A DNA stretch of 64,000 nt from Raja brachyura. Its lineage: Eukaryota. The notes beneath the pieces were generated by a model. It worked only from the letters and a program-made list of their open reading frames with translations, was not told the DNA's origin and searched no databases. A program made the position numbers and the translations under genes. Positions 1 through 12,300 of the stretch are shown here, in pieces. The first letter of the stretch is position 1. Every line of letters starts with the position of its first letter. Where the stretch lies: positions 119,846,001 through 119,910,000 of the forward strand of contig OY740783.1 of assembly GCA_963514005.1 (NCBI GenBank), in the 5' to 3' direction.

Positions 1-222
1 CCTTCGACGCACTGAGTTCACGCCGACCATCGATTAATTTCAATCATTCACAGTAGTTCTATTTTATCCAACTTTCGCATCCACTCCTTACACATTTAGG
101 GCAACTAAACTACAAACCGCACATCTATGGGATATGGGAGTAACCCAGAGTGAACCCACACGGTCACAGGGAGAACATGCAAACTCCACGCAGACAGCAG
201 GGGTCAGAATTGAACCCGGGTC
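1..222 (-). mobile_element. HE1-like tRNA-derived V-SINE, partial (second copy ~8236-8491)
   Basis: Reverse complement contains gacccgggttcaattctgacc (B-box) followed by ctgtctgcgtggagtttgcatgttctccctgtgaccg, the V-SINE core also seen at 48183-48490. Confidence 0.75.
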
Positions 223-811
223 ATAAGTGAGAAAAGAATTAGGCCATTCAGCCCATCAAGTTCACATCGCCATCCAATAATGGCTGATCCATCTCTTCCC
301 CCTAACCCCATTCTCCTACCTTTGTCGCATAACCTCTGACACCCATACTAATCAAAAATCTATCTCTGCCTTAAACATCTCCATTGACTTGGCCTCCACA
401 GCATTTTATGGGAAAAAATTCCACAGATTTACCACCCTCTGACTAAAGAAATTCCTCCTCATCCCTTTCCTAAAGGAACGTCCTTTAATTCTGAGGCTAT
501 GATCTCTAGTCATAGACTATCCCACTAGAGGAAACATCCACTCCACTCCAAAGGCGCACAGGTTTGTAGGTCAGTTGGCTTGGTAATTGTAAATATTGTT
601 CCTTGTGTGTTTAGGATAGCGTTAATATGCGGGGATTGCTGGTCGGCGCGGACCCGGCGGGGCGAAGGGCCCGTTTCCGTACTGCATCTCTAAACTAAAC
701 ATTCTATCCAAGCCTTTCATTATTCGGTCTGTCATTGTAGCATTGTTTCTGTTTGAGCAGCAGTGTGTCGAGTGTGTGAACCAGTAGTAGAATGTGTGAA
801 AATGCGCAGCT

Positions 812-825
812 GCTCCCCCTGGTGG
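812..825 (-). promoter_or_regulatory. Candidate CTCF-binding motif CCACCAGGGGGAGC (duplicated at 9081-9094)
   Basis: One mismatch to the core CCACCAGGGGGCGC; lies in apparently non-TE sequence. Confidence 0.5.
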
Positions 826-1341
826 TGACCAGAGCTTAGCGTCCGACTCTGCCACTGATGAGAACAGTCACAGAAAATGCTGACTAACCGGTCTATTGTA
901 CACTTTTTGCACTAACACTCCAATTATTCTCATTCCTTCTTCTTCTCCTTGCCTATGGCATGCACAGCCTAAAGTTGAACTGAGTAAGCCTTTAGTTGCC
1001 AGATGCAACTAAATTTAAAGTGGCACTTTCTTCCCAATAACCCTCTCTGGCTAAACCTCATCCCTTCATCACCTCCAGTTTAAATTCCAGTTGGAATATT
1101 TTGGAGGACCAAGTAACCAAGAAGGACAGCTTGTTCTGTTTAATCTTTTAAAAAAAAAAGACTTCCGGTTGGCGCCATGGTGTGAGTGGAGTCGCGCCAT
1201 TACAGCTCCACTAAAAATTGTATAAAAAACGGGGGTCTAGGGGTCAGTCAACCGTACTCACCGCGGGAGAACGACTGGGAACGGCTCCGGTAGCGTTTAA
1301 AAGGTCCGTGACGTCATCAGGCGCGCGACTTTTTCAAGAAA

Positions 1342-2427
1342 ATGATGTCTCGCTCCCCCCCCGGAAAAAAACCTGGAAAAAGGGAAATAGGCCCGACTGG
1401 TGCCCTGGGCTCGAGTCTGGCTGCTTCCCAAGAAGAGATTTCACAGAGGAAAGCTGATCTGGAGGACCTCAAAGTTAATATCCTAGGTGAGATGAAGAAA
1501 TTACTTAAAGATAATAAGAAGGATTATAAAGAGGATATTAAAAATTTAAGGGCTGATATTCTAGTGTTTCATGAAAGAATTAAAGAAGATTTAAAAAATG
1601 AAGTTATAGAAACGGTAAAAATTATGATGAACGAGTGGAAAGAAAAGGCTGATGTTGAGTTACAAAAACAAATGGTGGAGATAAGAGACGCAGCTGCTGG
1701 TATGGAAAGAATGCTGGATGATAAGATTGATCCTATTATAATTACGCTCGACCAACAAAAAGAGACAATTAAAGAGCTAACGGAGATGGCTGCATTAAAC
1801 ACCAAGGAGAGAGAGAAACTCCACTCCGAGAACAAACGTCTATCAGAATTATTACGCAAAATAAATGAGAAATGTATCGATCTGGAGGGACGTCAACGGC
1901 GTAAGAATTTGCGTATAGTTGGTTTGAGCGAGGGTCGCGAGGGAAATCAAGACCCTCGAAAATTTGCTGCAAAACTACTGAAGGATATTTTGAATCTGGA
2001 TCAAGAACCCCTGTTGGGTCGTGCACACAGGGCATTAAGGCGGGCTCCCAGGAGGGATGCACCCCCAAGACAAATGATTGTAAAGGTGGTTTACGATCAT
2101 GCTTTTGAAGAAATGATGAAGATAATAATACGCAAGAAAAATTTTAAGTATGAAGGAGATAATATCAGTATCTTCAGAGATTATCCGGCGGAAGTGGCCA
2201 AGAGAAGATCCTTATTCACAGAAACAAGAGGTGTTCTGAGGAATCTGAAGGATACGAAGGATCTGAGATATGGCTTGATGTACCCAGCAACATTAAGAGT
2301 AACCTACAACAACAAAGAGTTCCGTTTCGTGAAGCATACTGTAGCACTGGAATTCGCCCGAAAAATACAGAATGAAACAGAAGAGGAAGAAGAACAAGTG
2401 GATCAAGACCAAGAAGATGATGGCTGA
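1342..2427 (+). CDS. L1 ORF1p, 361 aa (coiled coil + RRM/CTD, Transposase_22-like), intact
   Basis: Heptad-rich N-terminal half; motifs LEGRQRRKNLRIVGLSEG, RAHR, IFRDY, YPATLRV. Confidence 0.92.
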   Translation: MMSRSPPGKKPGKREIGPTGALGSSLAASQEEISQRKADLEDLKVNILGEMKKLLKDNKKDYKEDIKNLRADILVFHERIKEDLKNEVIETVKIMMNEWKEKADVELQKQMVEIRDAAAGMERMLDDKIDPIIITLDQQKETIKELTEMAALNTKEREKLHSENKRLSELLRKINEKCIDLEGRQRRKNLRIVGLSEGREGNQDPRKFAAKLLKDILNLDQEPLLGRAHRALRRAPRRDAPPRQMIVKVVYDHAFEEMMKIIIRKKNFKYEGDNISIFRDYPAEVAKRRSLFTETRGVLRNLKDTKDLRYGLMYPATLRVTYNNKEFRFVKHTVALEFARKIQNETEEEEEQVDQDQEDDG

Positions 2428-3068
2428 ACTTTTATGACCCATCCGCGGTTATGAATCATTATGGAGAAGGAGGATGAATATTGGACATGGACTTAAATTT
2501 TGGTTTAAAGAGAGATGGATAGATTACTGTGTTATCTACCCATATAAAATGGCAATTATTCACCTAACATAGTATTATCTACCCCCCCCAACATAGTATT
2601 ACTAATTAGAATAGTAATTATAATAGTCACTAGTAATATGAATTATTACTAAGTATACAAATTTAGTACCCTACCCCAAAATATATAGCATTTAAGATTG
2701 GAGCTGGAATTATTAACATCTTTTTTTTTTTACGGAAGTCAGTAGATTAGTAGCCACGGTAGTGTGGCTTGCACTAACACACACTACACTCTATATAGGT
2801 GTAGTTATTTTTTTTTCTGAGCACTTTACTAACACCTTTCAACTCACTTTCACTCACACTTTTTATTATTTTAGGTATGTTAGATATTTGATTTTATATT
2901 ATACAGTATATGAAATTATTTATGATTGGTATTATATAGTCAGTTCAAAGAGACGTGTATATGAAATAGAAAGACGTACACTAATTTTCGTCAACCCAAG
3001 GTCTGGTTACAATGTTGAGTTGTACGGGCCGGGACGGTTATTCCAATATAAACCACCTTAATAGTAAA

Positions 3069-6000
3069 ATGCAAGATACTAATGGGAAGATTGGGGGTAA
3101 TGGAATCACCTTCTGTAGTTGGAATGTTAAGGGAGTTAATGAGCCAATTAAAAGAGGTAAGGTGTTAGCTCAATTAAACAGATTGAAGTCTGACGTCTCT
3201 TTTCTTCAAGAGACCCACCTTAAAAAAGATGCTCGACACAGACTAACAGCTAAATGGATTTCGAAAGTGTATCACTCCTCATTTATACATAAATCTAGAG
3301 GGGTTGCAATAATCATTCGTAAAGGTATACCTTTTAAATTAAGTTCTATAATAGAGGATACAGAAGGTCGGTATGTAATAATTACAGGGGAATTATATTC
3401 TAAAAAAGTAACTCTAATGAATATATATGCCCCTAACTTTGATAACCCATTATTTTTTAAGAAAATATTTAATAATATCCCTATAGCTGCAGAACATAAC
3501 TTAATAATTGGAGGAGATTTTAATTGTACTTTGGATAATTATTTAGATAGATCGTCAACAAAAAGTAAATCTATTTCTAAGTCAAGCATACTTATAAATT
3601 CCTTTATTAGTACAGCAAACGTTAAGGACATCTGGAGAATAGATAATCCAATAGGACGAGAATATTCATTTTTCTCACCTGTATTCGGAACTTACTCGAG
3701 GATAGACTATTTTTTAATAGATTCAAAATTACTTCCATTTACATATGATTCAAAATATCATAATATTATTATTTCAGATCACGCTCCATTAACTTTTAAG
3801 ATAAAATTAAAAGATATAATTATAAAATCTAATAATTGGAGGTTTAATCCCGAAATATTAAAGGATAAGGCTTGTTATGATTATCTGGTAAAACAGATTA
3901 AATTATTCTTTGAAACTAATGACAAACCTGAAGTTTCACCATCATTACTTTGGGATACATTTAAAGCATTTATGCGTGGAGCTATAATATCGGCACAAGC
4001 ATACTTTAATAAAGAAAATAGAAAGACGGAACAAAACTTGGAAAAAGAGATAAAACAACTAGATATGGAGAATACAAAACAGCCCTCTAAATTGTTAAGT
4101 AATAAAATTGCAATATTAAAATACAAACTAAATAAAATATATTCCAATCAAGTAATTAAACTTTATCAACAAACTAAACAAGTGCACTTTGAATTTGGAG
4201 ATAAACCGCAAAAATTGTTGGCTCGACAACTTAGAAAGCGAGAGGACGAAAAAATGATACATAGAATTAGATCTGAGAATGGCAATATATCGACCTTACC
4301 AAAAGATATCAATGATATATTTTTACAATATTATCAAAGTCTTTATTCATCAAAAATAACAGGACAAATGGATGAAATGGATACATTTCTACAAAAATGT
4401 AATATTAACAGCTTAGATCAGGGAGGTAGAGACTTGTTGAATGCGGATATATCAATAAAAGATATTGAGGAGTCAATCGGATAATTAAATAATGGAAAAG
4501 CAGCGGGCCCGGATGGCCTGAGTACAGAATTTTATAAGAAATTTCAAGATCTGATCTCCCCAAGATTACATGCAGTGTATAAATATACATATGAACAAGG
4601 AAAATTGCCGGAATCTCTAAATGAATCTACAATTACACTAATTCCTAAGGTTGACAAGGACTTGGAAGACCCAGGATCATATAGAGCAATTGCTCTTTTA
4701 AATACAGATCAAAAAATTTTAGCTAAAGTTTTATCACGAAGATTAAGTTTGGTGATTACTAAAATAATACACCATGATCAAACAGGTTTTATCCCAAAGC
4801 GTTACTCATCTTATAATTTGAGACGATTATTTAATATCATATATTCAAAAAGAGTTGGGGATAGGGATTTAGCTGTTATGTCCTTAGATGCAGAAAAAGC
4901 ATTCGATCAGGTTGAATGGCCATATTTATTTAGAATAATGGAGAAATTCCAATTGGGGGATAGATTTTGTAAATGGATAAGAATTCTATATTCGAATCCC
5001 ACTGCAAGAATATTAACTAACCAAATATTGTCAGCTAAATTTAAGCTTCATAGGGGTTGTAGACAAGGATGTCCACTGTCGCCTTTGTTATTCGCTATGG
5101 TGATAGAGCCTTTAGCTGAAAGGATTAGATCCGAACCAGAAATATATGGATATAATACTGATACTACAACTAATAAAATATCTTTATATGCAGATGATGT
5201 ATTAATTTATATTACAAAACCAGAGATCAGTATACCCAAGCTATTTAATGTTATAACTAAATTTGGCAGATTTTCGGGATATAGAATTAACTGGAATAAA
5301 AGTGAGATTATGCCTATAACCGGAATAAGATCAAATATATTGCAACAATATCCACTAAAAATAGTTACGGATAAATTTAAATATTTAGGTATTAATGTAT
5401 CTAAATCCTATAACTCATTAATTAAATCTAATTATCCCCTATTATTAGATAAACTTAGAAAAAATATTTTATACTGGAAAACACTTCCTATATCTATGAT
5501 TGGTAGAATAAATGCTATAAAAATGATCTTTTTACCACAACTGCTATATTTGTTTCAAGCTATTCCCTTCTATCTCCCAAAGAGTTTTTAAAAAAAAATA
5601 GATAACATTGTCAATAGTTTTATTTGGGATTATAAAAATCATAGAATAAGTAAAAAACATTTATGTAAATCAAAAATAAATGGAGGATTAGCACTTCCAA
5701 ATTTTTTGTACTATTTTTGGGCAGTCCAGATTAAGAATATGAATTTTTGGTGGGTAAATTTGGATCACGAACCAACGTGGTTAAAGATGGAAAAGGAAGA
5801 TTGTTTACCTTTTAATGTAAGTTCAATTCTTTTTGCGCCAAGAGAAATACAAAATAAAATTTATAGGAACAACCCTATAATTCATAGCAATAGACGTATT
5901 TGGAAACAAATAGTCAAGACTTTATGTTTGGATAATTTGTCACTTAAACTACCAATTATGAATAACCCTTTATTTAAACCCTCTATGTTAGATAGGGGGT

Positions 6001-6857
6001 TTAGACAATGGGAGGATTTAGGTATTTATAGGATTGAACATCTGTATAGAAAGGGAAAATTTCTTTTATTTCATGAGTTACAAGAAATTTATGGGTTACC
6101 ACCACATAATTTGTTTAGGTATCTACAAATTAGAGATTATATTAAGTCTAACACACAAGATTATAAAATTAAAGAACCAGGATTATTAGATGAAGTATTT
6201 AATAAACATCCAAATTCAGAAAAATTTATAGCTTATATTTATAATCTTATTTTGGATAGGGAGAATCCAACAACAGAAATATACCGTCAAGCATGGGAAA
6301 ATGAAATTGGTTTATCTATAACAAAAGATTCTTGGGAAGAAAGTTTACAACGCATACATCGCTGTTCATTAAACGCGAGGCATACATTGATACAATTTAA
6401 AGTTTTATATAGGTTACATTATTCAAAAACCAAATTAAATAGAATTTTTCCTAATGTCTCTCCTATTTGTGATAAATGTCAGAATTTAGAGGCTAATTTA
6501 ATACATAGTTTTGTAACGTGTTCAAAACTTAGTTATTATTGGACAGAAATCTTTAGAGTTATATCTGAAGTTCTTAGAGTTAAACTGGATCCAGAACCAA
6601 AGTTAATAATATTAGGAATTCCGGATTCACAATGCGTATTAACAGTAAATCAAAGAACTTTCTTAGATTACTGTTTGATAATAGGGAAAAAAATAATATT
6701 GAAATTTTGGAAGGGAACATTAACCCCCATAATTAAAATGTGGACAGCAGAGATGTTGGAGACTTGGTATTTGGAAAGAATCAGATTTGTCCTAATGGAC
6801 AAATGTGAAATCTTTGAACAAATATGGTCTCCATATATACAATATTTGAAGGGCTAG
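3069..6857 (+). pseudogene. L1 ORF2p (AP endonuclease + reverse transcriptase + C-terminal Cys domain), 1262 codons, two in-frame TAA stops
   Basis: Track ORFs 3012, 4575 and 5706 share one frame. Motifs SWNVKG, LQETH, GGDFN, SRIDY, SDHAP, GKAAGPDG, LDAEKAFD, RQGCPLSP, YADD, CDKC..H..VTC. Stops at 4482-4484 and 5589-5591 only. Confidence 0.95.
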
Positions 6858-8269
6858 CTGTTCTTGGCATTACTACTCAATGGGTACTAGACAGGATTTG
6901 ACGAAAAAAATATGGATTTTCTAATTGGGTTTTGTGTACACGTCTCCGCAATACGACGTTATAATTACAATACATTTTGTTGTTTCTATCTTAAATATTC
7001 ATATTATACCATATATTGTTCATAAAGGGGAATTATATATATATACTGAATAGATATATACTAAGTAGTGTTTGTTTTCTTTTTCTTTTTTTTTTCTTTG
7101 ACTTTTTATCTTTTTTTATTATTCAAACACAATCATTTTCTTTCTTTTTTTTTTTCGATTTAAAGTCTATTCCTTTTTTCTTATTCTTTCTTTATTTCTA
7201 AAAAACAGAAGATAATAATAGCGAATATGATAGTTGTACATTTACTGAATTACGTTGGTATTTGTAAATTTGTTTTACTACTTGGAAATTACTATAACTA
7301 ATAAAAATATTATTAAAAAAAAAAAAAAAGGAAAAAAAAACAAAAACCTGTGGGCAGTGTCCACCACTTTTCCTTCGTTCCTGATGGTTCGTTGCCTAAC
7401 CAGGCCGTGATGCCACCCAGTCAAAAAACACGCTTTGATTTATGGCTAAAAATCAAAGATTCAAATACATGTACTGGTGAAAGGTCCAGAGCAGAAAAAA
7501 TCATTAGGATAACACCGAAAAACATATAGAAAGTCGACCACAAAGAACCGTAAAAAGGAGCTAGTTAATTACACAAAATGAGGAACACACAAGTTCACAA
7601 GTAAAATGAAGGAAACGGAACTAAACTGCACTTAATTTTAAACATCCTGGACAAAAACCCACAGGTTGAACTTTCTGGCCGTTTTTCTATGATTTAATAA
7701 ATCATGTAATCTAGTGCTCATTTTGTAAGCATCACTGCCATAAGATATATAGTATACAATGATAGTAGGAACACAAACAGCCCTCCCCACCATTGAAAGC
7801 ATCCACACGAGGTGCTGCCTCGTGAAGGTGCATCTGTCATGAAGGATCCTCACCATCCCGCTCCGTGCCGTTTCATTGTTGCGACCTTTGAGCAGGAGAT
7901 ACAGAAGCCCAATTCCACTCCACCTGGTCCGGGAAGAGCTACTTTCTTATAACTATCAGGATATTGGACCAACCCACCCGATGGCTTTGGGATGGCGTGG
8001 TGAAGCAATGGCAGGAGCTACCAATGATGTTTCAGTGAACTGCAACTCGAGGGGAAAGCAAGATGGAGAGGATCACCAGAGAGACTTGGATGCGGCTCAA
8101 GTGAATTAAAGGGCAGCTGATGAGAGGGGAAGTAGGAAGGGTGAATGTGACTGATGGGATTGCTCAGATGAGAGCTAGCAAGGACCTGATGGGCTGAATG
8201 ACCTCCATCTGTGTCAAAACGTGTGTCGTAAGGTTTTGTTTAGGTTAGAGATACAGTATGGAATCTGGC

Positions 8270-9416
8270 CCTTCGACGCACTGAGTTCACGCCGACCATC
8301 GATTAATTTCAATCATTCACAGTAGTTCTATTTTATCCAACTTTCGCATCCACTCCTTACACATTTAGGGCAACTAAACTACAAACCGCACATCTATGGG
8401 ATATGGGAGTAACCCAGAGTGAACCCACACGGTCACAGGGAGAACATGCAAACTCCACGCAGACAGCAGGGGTCAGAATTGAACCCGGGTCATAAGTGAG
8501 AAAAGAATTAGGCCATTCAGCCCATCAAGTTCACATCGCCATCCAATAATGGCTGATCCATCTCTTCCCCCTAACCCCATTCTCCTACCTTTGTCGCATA
8601 ACCTCTGACACCCATACTAATCAAAAATCTATCTCTGCCTTAAACATCTCCATTGACTTGGCCTCCACAGCATTTTATGGGAAAAAATTCCACAGATTTA
8701 CCACCCTCTGACTAAAGAAATTCCTCCTCATCCCTTTCCTAAAGGAACGTCCTTTAATTCTGAGGCTATGATCTCTAGTCATAGACTATCCCACTAGAGG
8801 AAACATCCACTCCACTCCAAAGGCGCACAGGTTTGTAGGTCAGTTGGCTTGGTAATTGTAAATATTGTTCCTTGTGTGTTTAGGATAGCGTTAATATGCG
8901 GGGATTGCTGGTCGGCGCGGACCCGGCGGGGCGAAGGGCCCGTTTCCGTACTGCATCTCTAAACTAAACATTCTATCCAAGCCTTTCATTATTCGGTCTG
9001 TCATTGTAGCATTGTTTCTGTTTGAGCAGCAGTGTGTCGAGTGTGTGAACCAGTAGTAGAATGTGTGAAAATGCGCAGCTGCTCCCCCTGGTGGTGACCA
9101 GAGCTTAGCGTCCGACTCTGCCACTGATGAGAACAGTCACAGAAAATGCTGACTAACCGGTCTATTGTACACTTTTTGCACTAACACTCCAATTATTCTC
9201 ATTCCTTCTTCTTCTCCTTGCCTATGGCATGCACAGCCTAAAGTTGAACTGAGTAAGCCTTTAGTTGCCAGATGCAACTAAATTTAAAGTGGCACTTTCT
9301 TCCCAATAACCCTCTCTGGCTAAACCTCATCCCTTCATCACCTCCAGTTTAAATTCCAGTTGGAATATTTTGGAGGACCAAGTAACCAAGAAGGACAGCT
9401 TGTTCTGTTTAATCTT
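8270..9416. repeat. Copy 2 of the local duplication; continues into an intact dispersed repeat end (9400-9492, related to 21272-21361)
   Basis: Direct identity to 1-1147. The continuation atttgattgtgcacg...cccacccc recurs at ~21285-21361. Confidence 0.93.
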
Positions 9417-11659
9417 ATTTGATTGTGCACGCCAGGTTGACTGCATTCGTCAAAACAGGGCTGACCACGTGAAGGTTGCATTCTCCCACCCCTCTCGTTC
9501 CTTGACACTCGATAGCTACAGAGGTAGAGAGCTGGATACCCTGATTACTAGGCAGCATGACAGATAGCCGGATGGCTTATTAGTTAGTTAGCTAGATAGG
9601 CAGCTCTCTGTGGGGATGAGTTTCTCTCGCTGGGAGAGTGTGCCAGCTGGACACAAAAAGCCAGAGTAACTCGGAGCTGGTCAGGCAGCATCTCTGGAGA
9701 AAAGGAATGTGATGTTTTGGGTTGAGACCCTTCTTCAGACTGAGAACCAGGGGCTAATTAAAGAAGGGTCTCGACCCAAAATGTCACCCATTCCTTCTTT
9801 CCTGAGATGCTGTCTGTCCCGCTGTGTTGCTCCAGCTTTTTGTGTCTATCTTCGGTTTAAATCAGCATCTGCAGTTCCTTCTTACACATAACTAATTAGC
9901 CAACTAGACAACTTGCACTAATACTCAAATTATTCTCATTCCATGGCACTTTCCTACATAGACTATTTGGTTCAAGTACTTGTCTCTCAAATAAAGATTT
10001 CCATTGCCAATTCCGGCAGTGAATTCCCAAGTAGCGTTTAGTTTAGTACAGTGAAAAGCTTTTTTGTTGTATGCCATCCATGCAGCAAAAAGACTATACA
10101 TGATTACAATCAAGCCGTCCTCATTGTAACTGAATATTGGAAAGGATCCAGAGATTTACAAGAACAGTTCTTGGGATGAGAGATTACAGTTGTAAGGCAC
10201 CTCAAATAGAGAGATGCTGTGGAGAGATTTGATAGAAGTATATGAAATCATGAGAATTATGGAATAGAATATTTTTTGGAGCATATCTCCAATCATCGCT
10301 AAAATAAACTGGCAAGGCAGGAGGAGTAAAATAAATGGAGAGAAGGGCAGAGAGGGATACAAGGAAAACTATTTTGTATACACAACATTTAGTTAGAATC
10401 AGTAGATTGGACAGCCATATCCATAGGTTTTGAGGGGCATGAACCAAATGCAGGAACACTGAATTAGCCCAGAATGCCAATATGGTTCCAGGGACAAGAT
10501 GAAAGGGCCCGTTCCTGTGCTGTAGGGCTTGCTTCTGCGCTGGATAGCTCTTAATACTGCACGTAGGAGGCCAGTTGTGGCTTTCATGGGGGAAACTGGA
10601 TAACGGTACATTGGTCAAAGTCCTCGAGGTGGAACTAAAAAGTAGATCGGATAGAGATCTGTCACGGACACAGTCTGACAAACAGTCGACTTCTATCCTG
10701 CAGCCATTTTAGTCCCTCAGAGAGAAGGACACAAGGATCTGCAGACACTGGAATCTTGAATAAAGCACAAAGTGCTGCACAAGTTACTAACTGAGCATGT
10801 CAGGCAGTAACTCCAGAGAGCCTGACTAGAAACTTTGGCAATAAAAAGCAACTGAGCTACTCCAGCACTTTGCTTTTCAGTCCCTCAGCATTGAAACAGC
10901 CCAACTCATCCATGCCTTCCTCAGTCAATCGCATTTGCCAGGTGTGCCCCTTGTCCCTTTTATACATTTCCTATCTGCATGTTTTTTAAACCCTGTACTA
11001 ACAGCTGCGGCTTGCTCAAGCATATACCCACTACCTTCTGCGTGAAAAAGCTGCCCTCAGGCTTCTATTGAATCTTTCCCTTTTCTTCCCAGCTGTTATC
11101 AGGCAACTGACCCATTCTATCATCAACTGGCTAGCGAGCTGACCTCCCATCTCCCTCATTGGAGACCTTCAAACTATCTTGAATCAGACTTTACTGAACT
11201 TTACCTTGCACTGTATCTGTATATTGTAGACAACTTGATTGATATCATGTAGTCCTTTGTTCACTTGATAGCATGCAACAAAAAGGTTTTTAATTGTACC
11301 TTAGTACATGTGACAACAAACTAAACTATGGAAGAAGGATGTTCACCCATTTCTTCTCTCCAGAGATGCTGCCTGACCCGCTGAGTTACTCCAGCATTTT
11401 GTGTCTATCTTCGATGTGAACCAGCAGCTGCAGTTCCTTTCTACACATTAAACCTCGATCCTACGTCGCCAAGTTTTTTAAATCTTCTATACTGGGAAAA
11501 TTGTCCCATCAGATGGCCTATACAACTTTCCCCTCGCACTCAAATTGAATGAAATTCACAGCCCCCCCAGCTGCCAAGGCAGGACTTGATGGCAGAGAGT
11601 GGGGATATGGGGGAAAAAGCAGGAATGAGGTACTGATTTTAGAGGATTAGCCACAAGAT

Positions 11660-12300
11660 GGTGGAATTGATTGTAGACTTTAGGAGAGCTCCCCCTTCCC
11701 TCACTCACCATCAACAACACCAGTCACATCTGCAGAATAATTTAAGTTCCTTGGAACCATCATCTGCAGGGACATTAAATGGGACGCCACCATCGACTCC
11801 ACAGTAAAAAAAGGCCCAACAGAGGATGTACTCCTGCCACAGCTAAGAAAACACAATCTGCCACAGGCAATGATGGTCCAGTTTTATACTGCCATCATGT
11901 GTCTGTCCTCACCTTCTCCATCATGGTCTGGTTTGGCTCAGCCAGAAAGCATGACACCCAGAAACTGCATTGCATAGTTCGATCAGCCGAGAAGGTGGTT
12001 GGCTGCAACCTTCCCTCCATCGACGAACTATACACTGCAAGGGCCAGGAAGTGAGCGGGTAAGATCATCTCTAACCCCTCTCACCCTGGCCACAAACTAT
12101 TTGAAGCACCTCTTTCTGGAAGGCGACTCCAGACTGTCAAAGCTGCCACAGCCAGGCATAAAAACAGCTTTTATCCACGAGCAGTAGCTCTACTCAATAA
12201 CCAAAAGTCCGTAGCCTCCCTTTGCTCTGGCATTTTACTTAATACTTCTCATGTCGAAATTATGTTTTATTTTTAATTGTCTACTGTATATCGTGTTGTT
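11660..12300 (+). mobile_element. Rex1/Babar-like LINE 3' fragment (tail resumes ~13460-13550)
   Basis: Frameshifted RT C-terminus (SVLTFSIMVWFGSA, AEKVVGCNLPSIDELYTARARK); paralogous to 44365-45140. Confidence 0.75.

Larger units (their letters stand above)
1..1147. repeat. Copy 1 of a local direct duplication (copy 2 = 8270-9416); runs off the left edge of the window
   Basis: Matches 8270-9416 at a constant offset of 8269 with no differences seen by eye. ORFs 622..855 and 8891..9124 translate identically. The copies diverge after ...gtttaatctt. Confidence 0.95.
1160..7330 (+). mobile_element. Full-length L1-clade LINE (~6.2 kb)
   Basis: Short CpG-rich 5' UTR, ORF1, ~640-bp spacer, ORF2 (APE-RT-Cys), T-rich 3' UTR, AATAAA at 7300 and an A-tail. 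TTTT/AAAA target with a possible TSD aaaaaaaaaag at 1150-1160 and 7320-7330. Confidence 0.95.

Noticed and set aside
10202-10681. 159-aa minus-strand ORF
   Set aside because: Non-ATG start, the 3' two-thirds runs through CR1 tail sequence, and no recognisable domain.
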